From positions 88,691-152,690 of the forward strand of contig CAWGWW010000011.1 in NCBI GenBank assembly GCA_963826415.1: 64,000 bases of DNA, read 5' to 3'. Below, piece by piece: positions 47,983 through 60,041 of the stretch. The notes beneath the pieces are model-generated. The model searched no databases and was not told the DNA's origin. It saw only the letters and a program-made list of their open reading frames with translations. The position numbers were made by a program, and so were the translations under genes. Origin of the DNA: an uncultured Actinomycetota bacterium. Its GTDB lineage: Bacteria > Actinomycetota > Actinomycetes > Propionibacteriales > Nocardioidaceae. Numbering within the stretch: position 1 is the first letter of the stretch; every line of letters starts with the position of its first letter.

Positions 47983-48957
47983 ATGGTCACCCTTCCCCTG
48001 CCGCACTCCGTCGCCGCCGGTCTCGACACCCTGCTCGACCGGACGGTCGCCCCCGGCTACACCCGGCTGGGGCTGGCGATCCGGCGCCGGTTGCCCACCT
48101 GGCCCAGCGACCCGCCGCCCGGAGCGATGAAGGGCAAGGTGGTCGCCGTCACCGGTGCCACCTCCGGTCTCGGCATCGCGACCGCGGAGGGGCTGCTGCG
48201 GCTCGGCGCCGAGGTGCGCCTGGTGGTCCGCGACGTCGACAAGGCTGCCGGCGTGCGCCGCGACCTGCTCGCCACGGTGCCGGACGGCGTGGTCACGATC
48301 GACCGGTGCGACATCGGCGACCTCGACGACGTACGCCGCTTCGTCGCCGAGCTGGACCTCGGCCACCTCGACGTCCTGGTCCACAACGCCGGGGCGATGC
48401 CGCCGACCCGCACCGAGTCCGCCCAGGGCCACGAGCTGACCATGTCGTTGCACGTGCTCGGACCCATTCTGATGACCGAGCTGCTGCGGCCCCGGCTGAC
48501 CGACGCCCGGGTGGTGATGGTCACCTCGGGTGGCATGTACTCCCAACGCCTGCGCGACGACGACCCCGAGTACCTGCGCGGCGAGTACGCCCCCCCGACG
48601 GCGTACGCGCGCAGCAAGCGGGCCCAGATCGAGCTGTTGCCGACGCTGAGCGACCGCTGGGCGGGGGATGGCATCACCGTGCATGCCACCCACCCCGGTT
48701 GGGCCGACACCCCGGGCGTGGTCGACTCGCTGCCGACCTTCCACAAGCTGACCGGCCCGCTGCTCCGCGACGCCGAGGGCGGTGCCGACACGACCGTCTG
48801 GCTGGCCGCCAATGCGGTCGTCCCGCAGAGTGGCCGGTTGTGGCACGACCGCCGCTCCCGCCCCACCCATCTGCTCCCGCGGACCCGGACCGGCGTCGAG
48901 GAGCGGACCCGGCTGTGGGACTGGGTGCAGGAGCAGCTGGGGCTCATCGAGCCCTGA
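47983..48957 (+). CDS. SDR oxidoreductase (DHRS12-like)
   Basis: TGATSGLG, HNAG, YARSKR, HPGWADTPG. Confidence 0.9.
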   Translation: MVTLPLPHSVAAGLDTLLDRTVAPGYTRLGLAIRRRLPTWPSDPPPGAMKGKVVAVTGATSGLGIATAEGLLRLGAEVRLVVRDVDKAAGVRRDLLATVPDGVVTIDRCDIGDLDDVRRFVAELDLGHLDVLVHNAGAMPPTRTESAQGHELTMSLHVLGPILMTELLRPRLTDARVVMVTSGGMYSQRLRDDDPEYLRGEYAPPTAYARSKRAQIELLPTLSDRWAGDGITVHATHPGWADTPGVVDSLPTFHKLTGPLLRDAEGGADTTVWLAANAVVPQSGRLWHDRRSRPTHLLPRTRTGVEERTRLWDWVQEQLGLIEP

Positions 48958-48968
48958 GCCGGCTCGGC

Positions 48969-50585
48969 TCAGATCCAGCGGTTGAACCAGATCCGGTCCA
49001 GCCACTCGGAGTGGGTGAGCAGGCCGTCGGTGAAGATCGGCCAGAACCACGCGAAGTTCAGCAGCACGAGCACGAAGAACGAGCCCGCGACGATCACCCC
49101 GGCGGTACGCCGCGGGGTCGGCACCGGTGACGAGCCGATCAGCTTGCCCATCGCGAGCACGATCGCGAGCACCACGAACGGCAGGATCGCGACCGCGTAG
49201 AACAGGAAGATCGGCCGGGTGTCGTACTGCAGCCACGGCAGCCAGGTCGCTGCCGTGCCCACGATCGGGACCCCGAAGCGCCAGTCGCGGGCACCCACCC
49301 ACATCGCCGCTGCGAAGAGCAGCGCCACGATGCCGCCCCACCACAGCGCCGGCGTGCCGATCAGCAGCACCTGGCGCAGGCAGTCGCTCTCCGGCGGCGC
49401 GTCGCAGCCCTGGCTGCCCGGCTGGATGTCGACGTCCGCCTCGACCCCGACCGGTCGGTTCAGGAACAGCCAGCCGGAGGGCTTGGACGCGTAGGTGTGC
49501 GTGCTGTCGTTGAGGAAGTGGGTGTGGAACACGTACAGGTCGCGGTGGTAGTGCGCGAGCGACTGCAGCGACTGGCGGATCTCGTCCAGCCCCTCCGCGT
49601 CCTGCTCGTTGCGAGTCGGCCAGTCCTTGCCACCGGCGTAGTGGGTGTACTGCGTCGCGGACAGGTGGGTCTCGTACTCCTGCGCGTGCATCAGCCACCC
49701 GGTCCAGGTCGCGAGGTAGACCACGAAGCCGACCAGGACCAGGTGCACGAACGCCGGCACCCCGTCCACGAGGGCGGACCGCAGCAACGGCCACCGGACA
49801 CCGAAGGAGCGACGGGCGCCCGCGCTCCAGAGCCACACCAGGATCCCGAACGCCGCCATCGGGTAGATCGCGGTCCACTTGGTGCCCAGCGCCAGCCCGA
49901 AGCAGACCCCGCCGAGCAGCAGCCACGGACGGAACAGCAGCCCGCGGACCGGGCCCCAGCCGCTCACGGCGCTGCCCTCCGGCGTCAGGCGGGCCATCCG
50001 GGCACGGTGCCAGTCCCGGTCGTTGACCAGGCAGGCGATGGCGCAGAGCAGGAAGAACGCCATGAAGATGTCGAGCAGGGCCAGCCGGGAGAGCACGAAC
50101 TGCAGCCCGTCCAGACTGAGCAGCAGTCCCGCGACGCAGCCGAGCGTGGTGGAGCCGGTGAGCCGCCGGCCCAGCCGGCACATCACCACGACCATCAGGG
50201 CGCCGACGACGGCCGAGGCGATCCGCCAGCCGAAGGGGTCCATCCCGAACCCCTTCTCGCCGAGGGCGATCAGCCACTTGCCCAGCTCGGGGTGCACGAT
50301 CATCGACGGGCTGTCCTTCCACAGGCCCGTCGTGGTGCCGTCGAGGATCTTGTCGTTGGCGTTGCCGACGTACTCCCGCACGTAGCCGAACCGCGCCATC
50401 GACCAGGCGTCCTTGGCGTAGTACGTCTCGTCGAACGAGAACGAGTGCGGCTTGCCGAGGTGCCACAGGCGCAGCGCGAACGCGAGCAGCCCGATGCCGA
50501 TCGCCGCCGACCAGCTGACCACCGGGTCCTGCAGACGACCGCGCGGGGTGGCCCGCTCCCGCGCGGAGGGCAGGGTGCTCGTCAC
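48969..50585 (-). CDS. pmt: Protein O-mannosyltransferase
   Basis: FDETYY, VHPELGKW, FGWR, SRLALLD; divergent from rsmI. Confidence 0.88.
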   Translation of the reverse strand: MTSTLPSARERATPRGRLQDPVVSWSAAIGIGLLAFALRLWHLGKPHSFSFDETYYAKDAWSMARFGYVREYVGNANDKILDGTTTGLWKDSPSMIVHPELGKWLIALGEKGFGMDPFGWRIASAVVGALMVVVMCRLGRRLTGSTTLGCVAGLLLSLDGLQFVLSRLALLDIFMAFFLLCAIACLVNDRDWHRARMARLTPEGSAVSGWGPVRGLLFRPWLLLGGVCFGLALGTKWTAIYPMAAFGILVWLWSAGARRSFGVRWPLLRSALVDGVPAFVHLVLVGFVVYLATWTGWLMHAQEYETHLSATQYTHYAGGKDWPTRNEQDAEGLDEIRQSLQSLAHYHRDLYVFHTHFLNDSTHTYASKPSGWLFLNRPVGVEADVDIQPGSQGCDAPPESDCLRQVLLIGTPALWWGGIVALLFAAAMWVGARDWRFGVPIVGTAATWLPWLQYDTRPIFLFYAVAILPFVVLAIVLAMGKLIGSSPVPTPRRTAGVIVAGSFFVLVLLNFAWFWPIFTDGLLTHSEWLDRIWFNRWI

Positions 50586-50674
50586 GCGGGAACTCTACGT
50601 GCCCCGCGGGCACGCTCCGGCCATGGCGTCGTCCGCCGAACCGGTGGGCGGCGGGCGCCTGCCATGATCGGGGC

Positions 50675-51517
50675 GTGACCACCCGACCCGGCGTCCTCGT
50701 CCTTGCCGCCACCCCGATCGGGCGGGTGGCCGATGCGCCGCCCCGGCTCGCGGAGGAGCTGGCCACCGCCGACGTCGTGGCCGCGGAGGACACCCGGCGG
50801 CTGCGTCGCCTGACCAACGACCTCGGCGTCACCGTGGCCGGGCGGATCGTGTCGTACTTCGAGGGCAACGAGACCGCGCGCACTCCGCTCCTGCTCGAGG
50901 CACTGCTCGCGGGCGAGCGGGTGCTGCTGGTCACCGACGCCGGCATGCCGAGCGTGTCGGACCCCGGCTACCGGCTGGTGGTCGCCGCCGTCGACGCCGA
51001 CGTACTGGTCACCGCCGTCCCGGGCCCGTCCGCGGTGCTGACCGCGCTCGCGGTCTCCGGCCTGCCGGTGGACCGGTTCTGCTTCGAGGGGTTCCTGCCC
51101 CGCAAGGCCGGGGAACGCTCCCGGCGCCTGGCCGCGCTCGGTGCCGAGGAGCGCACGATGGTCTTCTTCGAGGCCCCGCACCGCACCGCGGCCGCACTGG
51201 GCGCGATGAGCACGGCGTTCGGTCCGGACCGGGCTGCCGCCGTCTGCCGCGAGCTGACCAAGACCCACGAGGAGGTGCGCCGGGGCCCGCTGGCCGAGCT
51301 GGTCGACTGGGCCGGCGAGGGCATTCGCGGCGAGGTCACGATCGTGGTGTCGGGGGCGGCGCCCGGACCCGACATCGCCGCCGACGAGGAGAGCCTGCGC
51401 GCCGCGGTGGCGGAGCGTGAGGCGGCCGGAACGCCGCGGAAGGAGGCCATCGTGGAGGTGGCACGACTGGCAGGGGTGCCGAAGCGTGAGGTCTACAACC
51501 TGGTGCACGGGTCATGA
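50675..51517 (+). CDS. rsmI: 16S rRNA C1402 2'-O-methyltransferase
   Basis: ATPIG, AAEDTR, DAGMPSVSDPG, FEAPHR, RELTK. Confidence 0.94.
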   Translation: MTTRPGVLVLAATPIGRVADAPPRLAEELATADVVAAEDTRRLRRLTNDLGVTVAGRIVSYFEGNETARTPLLLEALLAGERVLLVTDAGMPSVSDPGYRLVVAAVDADVLVTAVPGPSAVLTALAVSGLPVDRFCFEGFLPRKAGERSRRLAALGAEERTMVFFEAPHRTAAALGAMSTAFGPDRAAAVCRELTKTHEEVRRGPLAELVDWAGEGIRGEVTIVVSGAAPGPDIAADEESLRAAVAEREAAGTPRKEAIVEVARLAGVPKREVYNLVHGS

Positions 51518-52395
51518 ACCGCGATGAGCGCGCGGACGTCGACCGTCCCACCCCGCAGCGGATCACGTCGTACGTCCATGACGGGCTGAGCTTCGACGTG
51601 CTCGACGAGGGGCCGCTGGACGGCGTCCCCGTGGTGCTGCTGCACGGGTTCCCCGAGCGGGCCAGCACCTGGCGCGACGTGGCGCCGCTGCTGCACGCGC
51701 GGGGCTTCCGCACCCTGGCCCCGGACCAGCGCGGATACTCGCCCGGCGCCCGCCCGGCACGGCGGCGCGACTACCGGGTCTCCCGGCTGACTGGTGACGT
51801 CGTCGCGCTCGTGGAGCGGGTCGGCAGCCCGGTGCACCTGGTCGGTCACGACTGGGGAGCGTTCGTGGCCTGGGACCTCGCCACCCGGCGCGCCGACCTG
51901 GTCCGCACCCTGACGGCGGTCTCGGTGCCGCATCCGCAGGCGTACCTGCGGGCGCTGCTCGGCTCCGACCAGGCGCTGCGCTCCTGGTACATGCTCTTCT
52001 TCCAGCTGCCCCGGCTGCCCGAGCTCACCGCGCGCAAGGGCGGAGGCCGGTTCGACCGGCTGCTGGTCCGAGCCGGGATGACGCCGGCCGAGGTGGCGCG
52101 GTTCCGCCGCGAGGTGGTGGAGTACGGCGCCCTCACCGGCGGGCTGAACTGGTACCGCGCGATGTTCCACGTCGACCGCACGGTGGTGGGTCGGAGGGTG
52201 ACCGTGCCGACCACCCACGTCTGGAGCACGGAGGACTCGGCGCTGACCCGCCGCGGCGCCGAGCTGACCCGGAGATACGTCAGTGCCCCCTACCGCTTCG
52301 AGGTGCTCCTGTGCACGCACTGGATCCCGACCCAGGAGCCGGCCCGGTTGGCGCGGATCGTCCTGGACCGGATCTCGGCAGAGGTGCCGTCGTGA
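51514..52395 (+). CDS. Alpha/beta hydrolase (epoxide hydrolase-like)
   Basis: LHGFPE, PDQRGY, GHDWG, LNWYRA. Confidence 0.88.
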   Translation: MNRDERADVDRPTPQRITSYVHDGLSFDVLDEGPLDGVPVVLLHGFPERASTWRDVAPLLHARGFRTLAPDQRGYSPGARPARRRDYRVSRLTGDVVALVERVGSPVHLVGHDWGAFVAWDLATRRADLVRTLTAVSVPHPQAYLRALLGSDQALRSWYMLFFQLPRLPELTARKGGGRFDRLLVRAGMTPAEVARFRREVVEYGALTGGLNWYRAMFHVDRTVVGRRVTVPTTHVWSTEDSALTRRGAELTRRYVSAPYRFEVLLCTHWIPTQEPARLARIVLDRISAEVPS

Positions 52396-53285
52396 CCGGC
52401 CGCCCGACCCGGGCCCGGGCAGCCACCGACGAGGCCAGCGGCAGCCGCCGCGACCGGGCCCGGCCGCCGGCCCCCGAGCCGCTGCCGCACCCGGTGGTCG
52501 ACAACCACTGCCATCTCGACATCGCGGACGGCGACGACTGGTTCAGCACCGACGACGCCCTCGCGGCCGCTGCGGCGGTCGGGGTCACCCGGATCGTCCA
52601 GATCGGCTGCGACCTCCCGGGTGCCCGCTGGGCGGTCGAGGCCGCGGCGTCGTACGACGCGCTGGTCGCCGGGGTGGCGCTGCACCCCAACGAGGCGCCC
52701 CGTCAGGCCGCCGCCGGGACCCTGGACGAGGCGATGGCCGAGATCGAGGCGCTGGCCGTCACGCACGACAAGGTCCGCGCGGTGGGGGAGACCGGGCTCG
52801 ACCACTTCCGGACCGGGGAGGACGGCCGGGCCGCCCAGGTCGAGTCGTTCCGCCGCCACATCGACCTGGCCAAGCGCCTGGACAAGACCCTGGTGATCCA
52901 CGACCGGGACGCCCACGACGAGGTGCTGGCCGTGCTCGACGAGGAGGGTGTGCCCGACCGGTGGGTGATGCACTGCTTCTCCGGGGACGCCGAGTTCGCC
53001 CGCCGCTGCCTGGACCGCGGGGCGCACCTCAGCTTCGCCGGCACGGTCACCTTCAAGAACGCCCAGCCGCTGCGTGACGCCCTCGCGATCACTCCCCGGG
53101 ACCGAGTGCTGGTGGAGACCGATGCGCCGTTCCTGACCCCCACGCCGTACCGCGGACGGCCCAACGCGTCGTACCTCGTGCCACACACGATGCGGGCGAT
53201 GGCCGAGGTCCGCGGCGACGACCTGGCAGCGCTCTGTGCGGCCGTGGACACCAACACCGAGACCGCCTTCGGGGGCGCCTGGTAG
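52392..53285 (+). CDS. tatD: TatD family nuclease
   Basis: DNHCHL, VGETGLD, IHDRDA, MHCFSG, ETDAPF. Confidence 0.92.
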   Translation: MTGRPTRARAATDEASGSRRDRARPPAPEPLPHPVVDNHCHLDIADGDDWFSTDDALAAAAAVGVTRIVQIGCDLPGARWAVEAAASYDALVAGVALHPNEAPRQAAAGTLDEAMAEIEALAVTHDKVRAVGETGLDHFRTGEDGRAAQVESFRRHIDLAKRLDKTLVIHDRDAHDEVLAVLDEEGVPDRWVMHCFSGDAEFARRCLDRGAHLSFAGTVTFKNAQPLRDALAITPRDRVLVETDAPFLTPTPYRGRPNASYLVPHTMRAMAEVRGDDLAALCAAVDTNTETAFGGAW

Positions 53286-53363
53286 CTGTCGAGCGGGGGC
53301 CTGAGCGGGGTGTGCGCGGGAGAGAGCCCCGTCACGTCCGAGCGGGCGAGGCGTCCGCCGAAT

Positions 53364-53399
53364 TTGCAATGGTCCAGACCGCCGTTATCGTCTTGTTAC
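53364..53399 (+). promoter_or_regulatory. Putative rpfB promoter with MtrA/GlnR-like direct repeat
   Basis: TTGCAA-N16-TATCGT, overlapped by GTTAT-N6-GTTAC (53384-53399). Confidence 0.45.
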
Positions 53400-53470
53400 A
53401 GAAGGCCGGGATCGGGATCGATCTGACCAGTGCCAGGTGGCCGCCGCAGAGTCGCGGTGGCCCCGCGTGA

Positions 53471-54727
<1,257 letters not shown>

Positions 54728-54753
54728 TCCATCCCGCCACTACTCTGGCGTGC

Positions 54754-55665
54754 ATGTCTGACACCTCCGCCGGCCCGAGGCTTCTCGGGCCGGCGGACGT
54801 GCGTTCGCTCGCGGCTCGCCTCGATCTGCGCCCCACCAAGCAGCGCGGCCAGAACTTCGTGATCGACGCCAACACCGTGCGCCGGATCGCGCGTGAGTCG
54901 GGCATCACCGCCGACGACGTCGTGGTCGAGATCGGGCCCGGGCTGGGCTCGCTCACGCTGGCCCTGCTGGCCGTCGCGCAACGGGTGGTCGCGATCGAGC
55001 TGGACGAGAAGCTGGCCACGCTGCTGCCGGAGACGGTCGCGGCGTACGCACCGGACCACGCCGACCGGTTCGAGGTCGTCCTCGGTGACGCGATGCGGAT
55101 CGACGCCGTGCCCGGCCCGCCGCCGACCGCGCTGGTCGCGAACCTGCCCTACAACGTCTCGGTCCCGGTGCTGCTGCACATGCTGACCCTGCTGCCGTCG
55201 CTCGAGCGCGGGCTGGTCATGGTCCAGGCCGAGGTGGCCGACCGGCTCGCCGCCCCGCCCGGCTCCAAGGTGTACGGCGTCCCGTCGGTCAAGGCCGCCT
55301 GGTTCGCCGAGGTACGCCGCGCGGGCTCGGTCGGGCGCAACGTCTTCTGGCCGGCCCCGAACGTCGACTCCGGCCTGGTCGCCTGGGTCCGTCGCGACCC
55401 GCCGGCCACCACCGCGACCCGGCAGCAGGTCTTCGCGGTGGTCGATGCGGCGTTCGCCCAGCGCCGCAAGGCCCTGCGTGGGGCCCTGCGCGGCCTCGCC
55501 GGCTCCGCCGAGGTGGCGACCGCCGCCCTCGAGCACGCCGGCGTCGACCCGATGGTGCGCGGTGAGTCGCTCGGCGTCACCGCGTTCGCCCGGATCGCCG
55601 AGGGGCTGGTGCTCGGCGGTGCGCTGGGCACGTCCCTGGAGCGCTCCAGCGGGGAGCGCGGATGA
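54754..55665 (+). CDS. rsmA: 16S rRNA dimethyladenosine transferase
   Basis: [24 protein letters not shown]. Confidence 0.95.
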   Translation: MSDTSAGPRLLGPADVRSLAARLDLRPTKQRGQNFVIDANTVRRIARESGITADDVVVEIGPGLGSLTLALLAVAQRVVAIELDEKLATLLPETVAAYAPDHADRFEVVLGDAMRIDAVPGPPPTALVANLPYNVSVPVLLHMLTLLPSLERGLVMVQAEVADRLAAPPGSKVYGVPSVKAAWFAEVRRAGSVGRNVFWPAPNVDSGLVAWVRRDPPATTATRQQVFAVVDAAFAQRRKALRGALRGLAGSAEVATAALEHAGVDPMVRGESLGVTAFARIAEGLVLGGALGTSLERSSGERG

Positions 55666-56681
55666 GCCTCGCCGCAATGGGTCCCGCGCGGAGCACGACC
55701 GTGCGGGCGCCCGCGAAGATCAACCTCCACCTCGGGGTCGGTGCGCCGCGCCCCGATGGCTTCCACCCGCTGCTCACCGTCTACCAGGCGGTCGGGCTCT
55801 ACGACGACGTCACCTGCACGGAGTCCCCGGGCTGGGGACTCGGCGTCGGGGTCGCCGACTACATCGAGGCCGACCAGATCCCGCTGGATGCCCGCAACAT
55901 CGTGGACCGGGCTGCAGGCCTGCTGGCGGCCCACCACGGGCTGACCCGCTCGGGCGAGGTGCGCATCGAGAAGACCATCCCGGTCGCCGGTGGCCTGGCC
56001 GGCGGCTCTGCGGACGCCGCGGCGGCGCTGGTCGCCCTGGACCGGCTCTGGGAGACCGAGACCTCCGACGACGACCTGCTGACGCTCGCTGCAGAGCTGG
56101 GCAGCGACGTCCCGTTCGCACTGATCGGCGGGTCCGCCCTCGGCACCGGCCGCGGCGAGCTGGTCGAGCCGGTCACCGACCCGGGGACCTGGTGGTGGGT
56201 GATCGTCCCGGACCCCGTCGGGCTGTCCACCCCCGAGGTCTACCGGCACTTCGACCGGCTGTTCCCCGGGGCCCCCGCCACTCCGCCGGAGGCCGCCCTG
56301 CTGCTGGCCGCCCTGGAGGCACGAGACCCGCACCTGCTGGCGCCCGCACTGCACAACGACCTGCAGCCCGCGGCGTTCGACCTGCGACCGGACCTCGAGA
56401 AGCTGATCAACCGGGGCGAGGCCGCGGGTGCGCTGCGCGGTCTGGTCACCGGGTCCGGTCCCACCTGCGTCTTCCTGTGCCAGTCCGCCGACCACGCCCG
56501 CGAGGTGGCCGGCGCCCTGGCACAGCCGGGGACCCACCCCGACGACGCGCACGGGCTGCCCGTCGTCCTGGTCGCCAACGGCCCGGTCGCCGGCGCCCAC
56601 CTCGTGCACTACGACACCCATCCCCCCGAAGGTCCACCCGAGCGCCTGCTGCGCCCACACTCCGTCAGGAAACCCCACTAG
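55662..56681 (+). CDS. ispE: CDP-ME kinase
   Basis: [30 protein letters not shown]. Confidence 0.94.
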   Translation: MSLAAMGPARSTTVRAPAKINLHLGVGAPRPDGFHPLLTVYQAVGLYDDVTCTESPGWGLGVGVADYIEADQIPLDARNIVDRAAGLLAAHHGLTRSGEVRIEKTIPVAGGLAGGSADAAAALVALDRLWETETSDDDLLTLAAELGSDVPFALIGGSALGTGRGELVEPVTDPGTWWWVIVPDPVGLSTPEVYRHFDRLFPGAPATPPEAALLLAALEARDPHLLAPALHNDLQPAAFDLRPDLEKLINRGEAAGALRGLVTGSGPTCVFLCQSADHAREVAGALAQPGTHPDDAHGLPVVLVANGPVAGAHLVHYDTHPPEGPPERLLRPHSVRKPH

Positions 56682-58528
56682 TGGCAAACCTCATCAACCT
56701 CGAGCGCGTCTCCAAGGCGTACGGCGTCCGCCCGCTGCTCACCGACGTCTCCCTCGGCATCGCCGCCGGGGAGCGGATCGGCATCGTCGGTCGCAACGGC
56801 GACGGCAAGACCACCCTGCTCGAGGTGATGACCGGGCTCGAGGAGCCGGACTCCGGCCGGGTCTCGCAGACCCGGGGCCTGCACATCGGCTACCTGCACC
56901 AGGGCGACGAGCTGGTCGACACCCACAGCGTCCGCGAGGCCGTGCTCGGTGGCATGGACGACCACGAGTGGGCGGCCGACTACCGCACCCGCGAGATCGT
57001 GGAGGTGTTGCTCGCGGGGGTCTCCCTCGACCGGCCGGTGGTCGGACTGTCCGGTGGCGAGCGCCGGCGCTGCTCGCTGGCTGCCCTGCTGCTCGGCGAC
57101 CACGACCTGGTCGTGCTCGACGAGCCGACCAACCACCTGGACGTCGAGGCGGTCGCCTGGCTGGCGGCCCACCTGGTCAAGCGCGCCTCCGCGATGGTGG
57201 TCGTGACCCACGACCGGTGGTTCCTCGACGAGGTCTGCCAGTGGACCTGGGAGGTGCACGACGGGGTGGTGGACGCCTACGAGGGCGGGTACGCCGCGTA
57301 CGTGCTGGCCAAGGCCGAGCGCACCCGCCAGGCCTCGGCCTCCGAGGCGCGCCGGCAGAACCTCGCCAAGAAGGAGCTGGCCTGGCTACGCCGCGGTGCG
57401 CCGGCCCGGACCGCCAAGCCGAAGTTCCGGATCGAGGCGGCCAACGCCCTGATCGAGGACGTGCCCCCGCCGCGCGACCGGCTCGAGCTGCAGAAGTTCG
57501 CCACCCAGCGGCTCGGCAAGCAGGTGATCGACGTCGAGGACGTGGACCTCAAGCGTGGCGAGCGCTCCCTGCTCACCAACGCCACGTGGCGCCTCGGCCC
57601 CGGCGACCGGGTCGGCCTGGTCGGCGTCAACGGCGCCGGCAAGACCTCGGTGCTCTCGTTGCTCTCCGGCGACCTCGAACCGTCCGCGGGCAAGGTGAAG
57701 CACGGCCGGACCATCTCGATGCGGCACCTGACCCAGCAGCTCGACGACCTCGACCCCAACGGCCGCGTGCTGCCGATGGTGGAGTCCTTCCGCCGGGTCG
57801 TGAAGACCGACGGCGGCGAGATCAGTGCGACCTCGATGCTGGAGCGCTTCGGGTTCACCGGCGACAAGCTGACCGCCCGGATCGGCGAGCTCTCCGGTGG
57901 CGAACGGCGCCGCTTCCAGCTGCTGATGCTGCTGCTCGAGGAGCCCAACGTGCTGCTCCTCGACGAGCCGACCAACGACCTCGACATCGACACCCTGAAC
58001 GTGCTCGAGGACTTCCTCGACGCCTGGCCCGGCACGCTGATCGTGGTCTCGCACGACCGGTACTTCCTGGAGCGGGTCACCGACTCGGTCTGGGCGCTGC
58101 TCGGGGACGGTCAGATCTCGATGCTGCCGCGCGGGGTCGACGAGTACCTCGAACGCCGCGCCGGCGCCGTCGTACCCAAGACCTCGGCGACGGCCACGCC
58201 CACCACCGCCGAGTCGGCGCAGTTCTCGGCCGCCGGGGGCGCCAGCGGGCGCAGCTCGTCGGGCGGGTCCGGGTCCGCGGCTGCTGCCTCGTCCAAGAAG
58301 GCCAAGCCGGGCAGTGCCGAGGAGCGCACCGCGCGCAAGGCCGTCTCCCGGATCGAGAAGCGGCTGGCCAGGATCAAGGAACGCGAGGCCCAGCTGAACG
58401 CCGAGGTGCTCGAGCACGCGCAGGACTACGCCCGGATGGCGGACGTCAGCGCGGAGCTGAGTGCCCTGCACACCGAGCGTGAGGCTCTCGAGCTGGAGTG
58501 GCTCGAGGCGTCGGAGCTGCTCGAGTAG
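56681..58528 (+). CDS. ABC-F (Uup-like) ATPase
   Basis: Two Walker A/LSGGE/DEPTN sets, WLRRG linker, coiled-coil C-terminus. Confidence 0.92.
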   Translation: MANLINLERVSKAYGVRPLLTDVSLGIAAGERIGIVGRNGDGKTTLLEVMTGLEEPDSGRVSQTRGLHIGYLHQGDELVDTHSVREAVLGGMDDHEWAADYRTREIVEVLLAGVSLDRPVVGLSGGERRRCSLAALLLGDHDLVVLDEPTNHLDVEAVAWLAAHLVKRASAMVVVTHDRWFLDEVCQWTWEVHDGVVDAYEGGYAAYVLAKAERTRQASASEARRQNLAKKELAWLRRGAPARTAKPKFRIEAANALIEDVPPPRDRLELQKFATQRLGKQVIDVEDVDLKRGERSLLTNATWRLGPGDRVGLVGVNGAGKTSVLSLLSGDLEPSAGKVKHGRTISMRHLTQQLDDLDPNGRVLPMVESFRRVVKTDGGEISATSMLERFGFTGDKLTARIGELSGGERRRFQLLMLLLEEPNVLLLDEPTNDLDIDTLNVLEDFLDAWPGTLIVVSHDRYFLERVTDSVWALLGDGQISMLPRGVDEYLERRAGAVVPKTSATATPTTAESAQFSAAGGASGRSSSGGSGSAAAASSKKAKPGSAEERTARKAVSRIEKRLARIKEREAQLNAEVLEHAQDYARMADVSAELSALHTEREALELEWLEASELLE

Positions 58529-58545
58529 TTGTCTGGCGTGACCCT

Positions 58546-58633
58546 GCTTCATCACGGGATGCAGGTGAAGTCGTGCTTCCCACGGCGTACAGACCATGGG
58601 AAGCAATGTTTCGACTGCATCCCGTGATGAAGC
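58546..58633. repeat. 88-nt hairpin element, copy 2
   Basis: 19-bp terminal inverted repeat GCTTCATCACGGGATGCAG; colinear with 47366-47453. Confidence 0.85.
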
Positions 58634-58668
58634 AGCGCCGACCGGGGCCTAGCTCGAGGCCGGACCGT

Positions 58669-59154
58669 TCAGGAGAACGGCGCGAGCAGGGTACGCAGCA
58701 GAGCGGCCAGCTTGGCGCGCTCGCGGACCGGCAGACCGGCCAGCAGGGTCTTCTCCGCGTCCAGCAGGGCCTCGAAGGCGCCGTCGACAGCAGTCTTGCC
58801 CTCCGGTGTGAGCCGGACGATGACGCCGCGGCGGTCGTCGGGGTCGGGGGAGCGCTCGACGAAGCCGCGGTTGGCCAGCCGGTCGACCCGGTTGGTCATC
58901 GTCCCGCTGGTCACCAGGGTCTCGCGCAGCAGCCGGCCGGGCGAGAGCTCGTACGGCGCCCCGGCGCGGCGCAGGGCGGCGAGCACGTCGAACTCCCACG
59001 ACTCGATCCCGTGGGCGGTGAACGCCTCGCGGCGGGCCAGGTCGAGGTGGCGCGCGAGCCGGGAGATGCGGCTGAAGACCGCGACCGGGGCCAGGTCGAG
59101 GTCGGAGCGCTCCCGTTCCCACGCCTCCACCAGCTCGTCGACCTCGTCGCGCAT
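58669..59154 (-). CDS. tamR: MarR-family regulator, TamR-like
   Basis: DEVD..W.RER, WEFDVLAALRR, VTSGTMTNRVDRL; divergent from tam. Confidence 0.82.
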   Translation of the reverse strand: MRDEVDELVEAWERERSDLDLAPVAVFSRISRLARHLDLARREAFTAHGIESWEFDVLAALRRAGAPYELSPGRLLRETLVTSGTMTNRVDRLANRGFVERSPDPDDRRGVIVRLTPEGKTAVDGAFEALLDAEKTLLAGLPVRERAKLAALLRTLLAPFS

Positions 59155-59181
59155 GACCTCATCGTAGACGACTGATCGAGA

Positions 59182-59236
59182 ATCTTGACATCGAGACACT
59201 CGTGGTCCACCATGCAAAGTGTCTTGATGTCGAGAG
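59182..59236. promoter_or_regulatory. Two TamR-type operators
   Basis: TCTTGACATCGAGA (59183-59196) and TCTTGATGTCGAGA (59222-59235) quasi-palindromes. Confidence 0.78.
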
Positions 59237-59249
59237 ATAGTGAGCGCTC

Positions 59250-60041
59250 ATGACGCACCGCTGGGACCCGGGTTCCTACCTGACCTTCGCCGACGAGCGC
59301 GGCCGGCCGTTCGTCGAGCTGGTGGCGCGGGTCGCGGCCGAGACCCCGGAGACCGTCGTCGACCTCGGCTGCGGACCGGGGAACCTCACCGGCCTGCTCG
59401 CCGAGCGCTGGCCGGGCGCGCGGGTGACCGGCCTCGACTCCAGCCCGGAGATGATCGCCCGCGCCCACTCCGACACCGGCGACGGCGACGGCCCCCGCTC
59501 CGTGCACTTCGAGGTCGCCGACCTGCGCGACTGGGCCGCCGGCACGGACCGGGTGGACGTCCTCGTCTCCAACGCGACCCTGCAGTGGGTCCCGGGCCAC
59601 CTGGAGCTGCTCGGGGACCTGGTCTCGCGGGTGCGCCCGGGCGGCTGGTTCGCCTTCCAGGTGCCGGGCAACTTCGAGGAGCCCAGCCACACGCTCCGCC
59701 GCGACCTGGCCGACGAGCCGCCGTACGCCGCGCACACCCGCGACCTGGCGACCCCGGCGAGCCACGAGCCCGCCGACTACCTCGCGGCGCTGGCTGCCCT
59801 CGGGTGCACGGTCGACGCCTGGGAGACGACGTACCTGCACGTCCTCACCGGCCCGGACCCGGTCTTCACCTGGGTCTCCAGCACCGGCGCCCGCCCCACC
59901 CTGCAGGCGCTGCCCGATGGCCTGCGCGGGAAGTTCGAGGCGGAGTTCAAGCGCCGGCTCTCCGTCGCCTACCCGGAGACGCCGTACGGCGTGGTGCTGC
60001 CGTTCCGCCGGATCTTCGTCGTGGCGCGGGTCCCCGCATGA
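59250..60041 (+). CDS. tam: Trans-aconitate 2-methyltransferase
   Basis: WDP..Y..FADERGRPF, DLGCGPG, SNATLQW, PFRRIF. Confidence 0.9.
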   Translation: MTHRWDPGSYLTFADERGRPFVELVARVAAETPETVVDLGCGPGNLTGLLAERWPGARVTGLDSSPEMIARAHSDTGDGDGPRSVHFEVADLRDWAAGTDRVDVLVSNATLQWVPGHLELLGDLVSRVRPGGWFAFQVPGNFEEPSHTLRRDLADEPPYAAHTRDLATPASHEPADYLAALAALGCTVDAWETTYLHVLTGPDPVFTWVSSTGARPTLQALPDGLRGKFEAEFKRRLSVAYPETPYGVVLPFRRIFVVARVPA

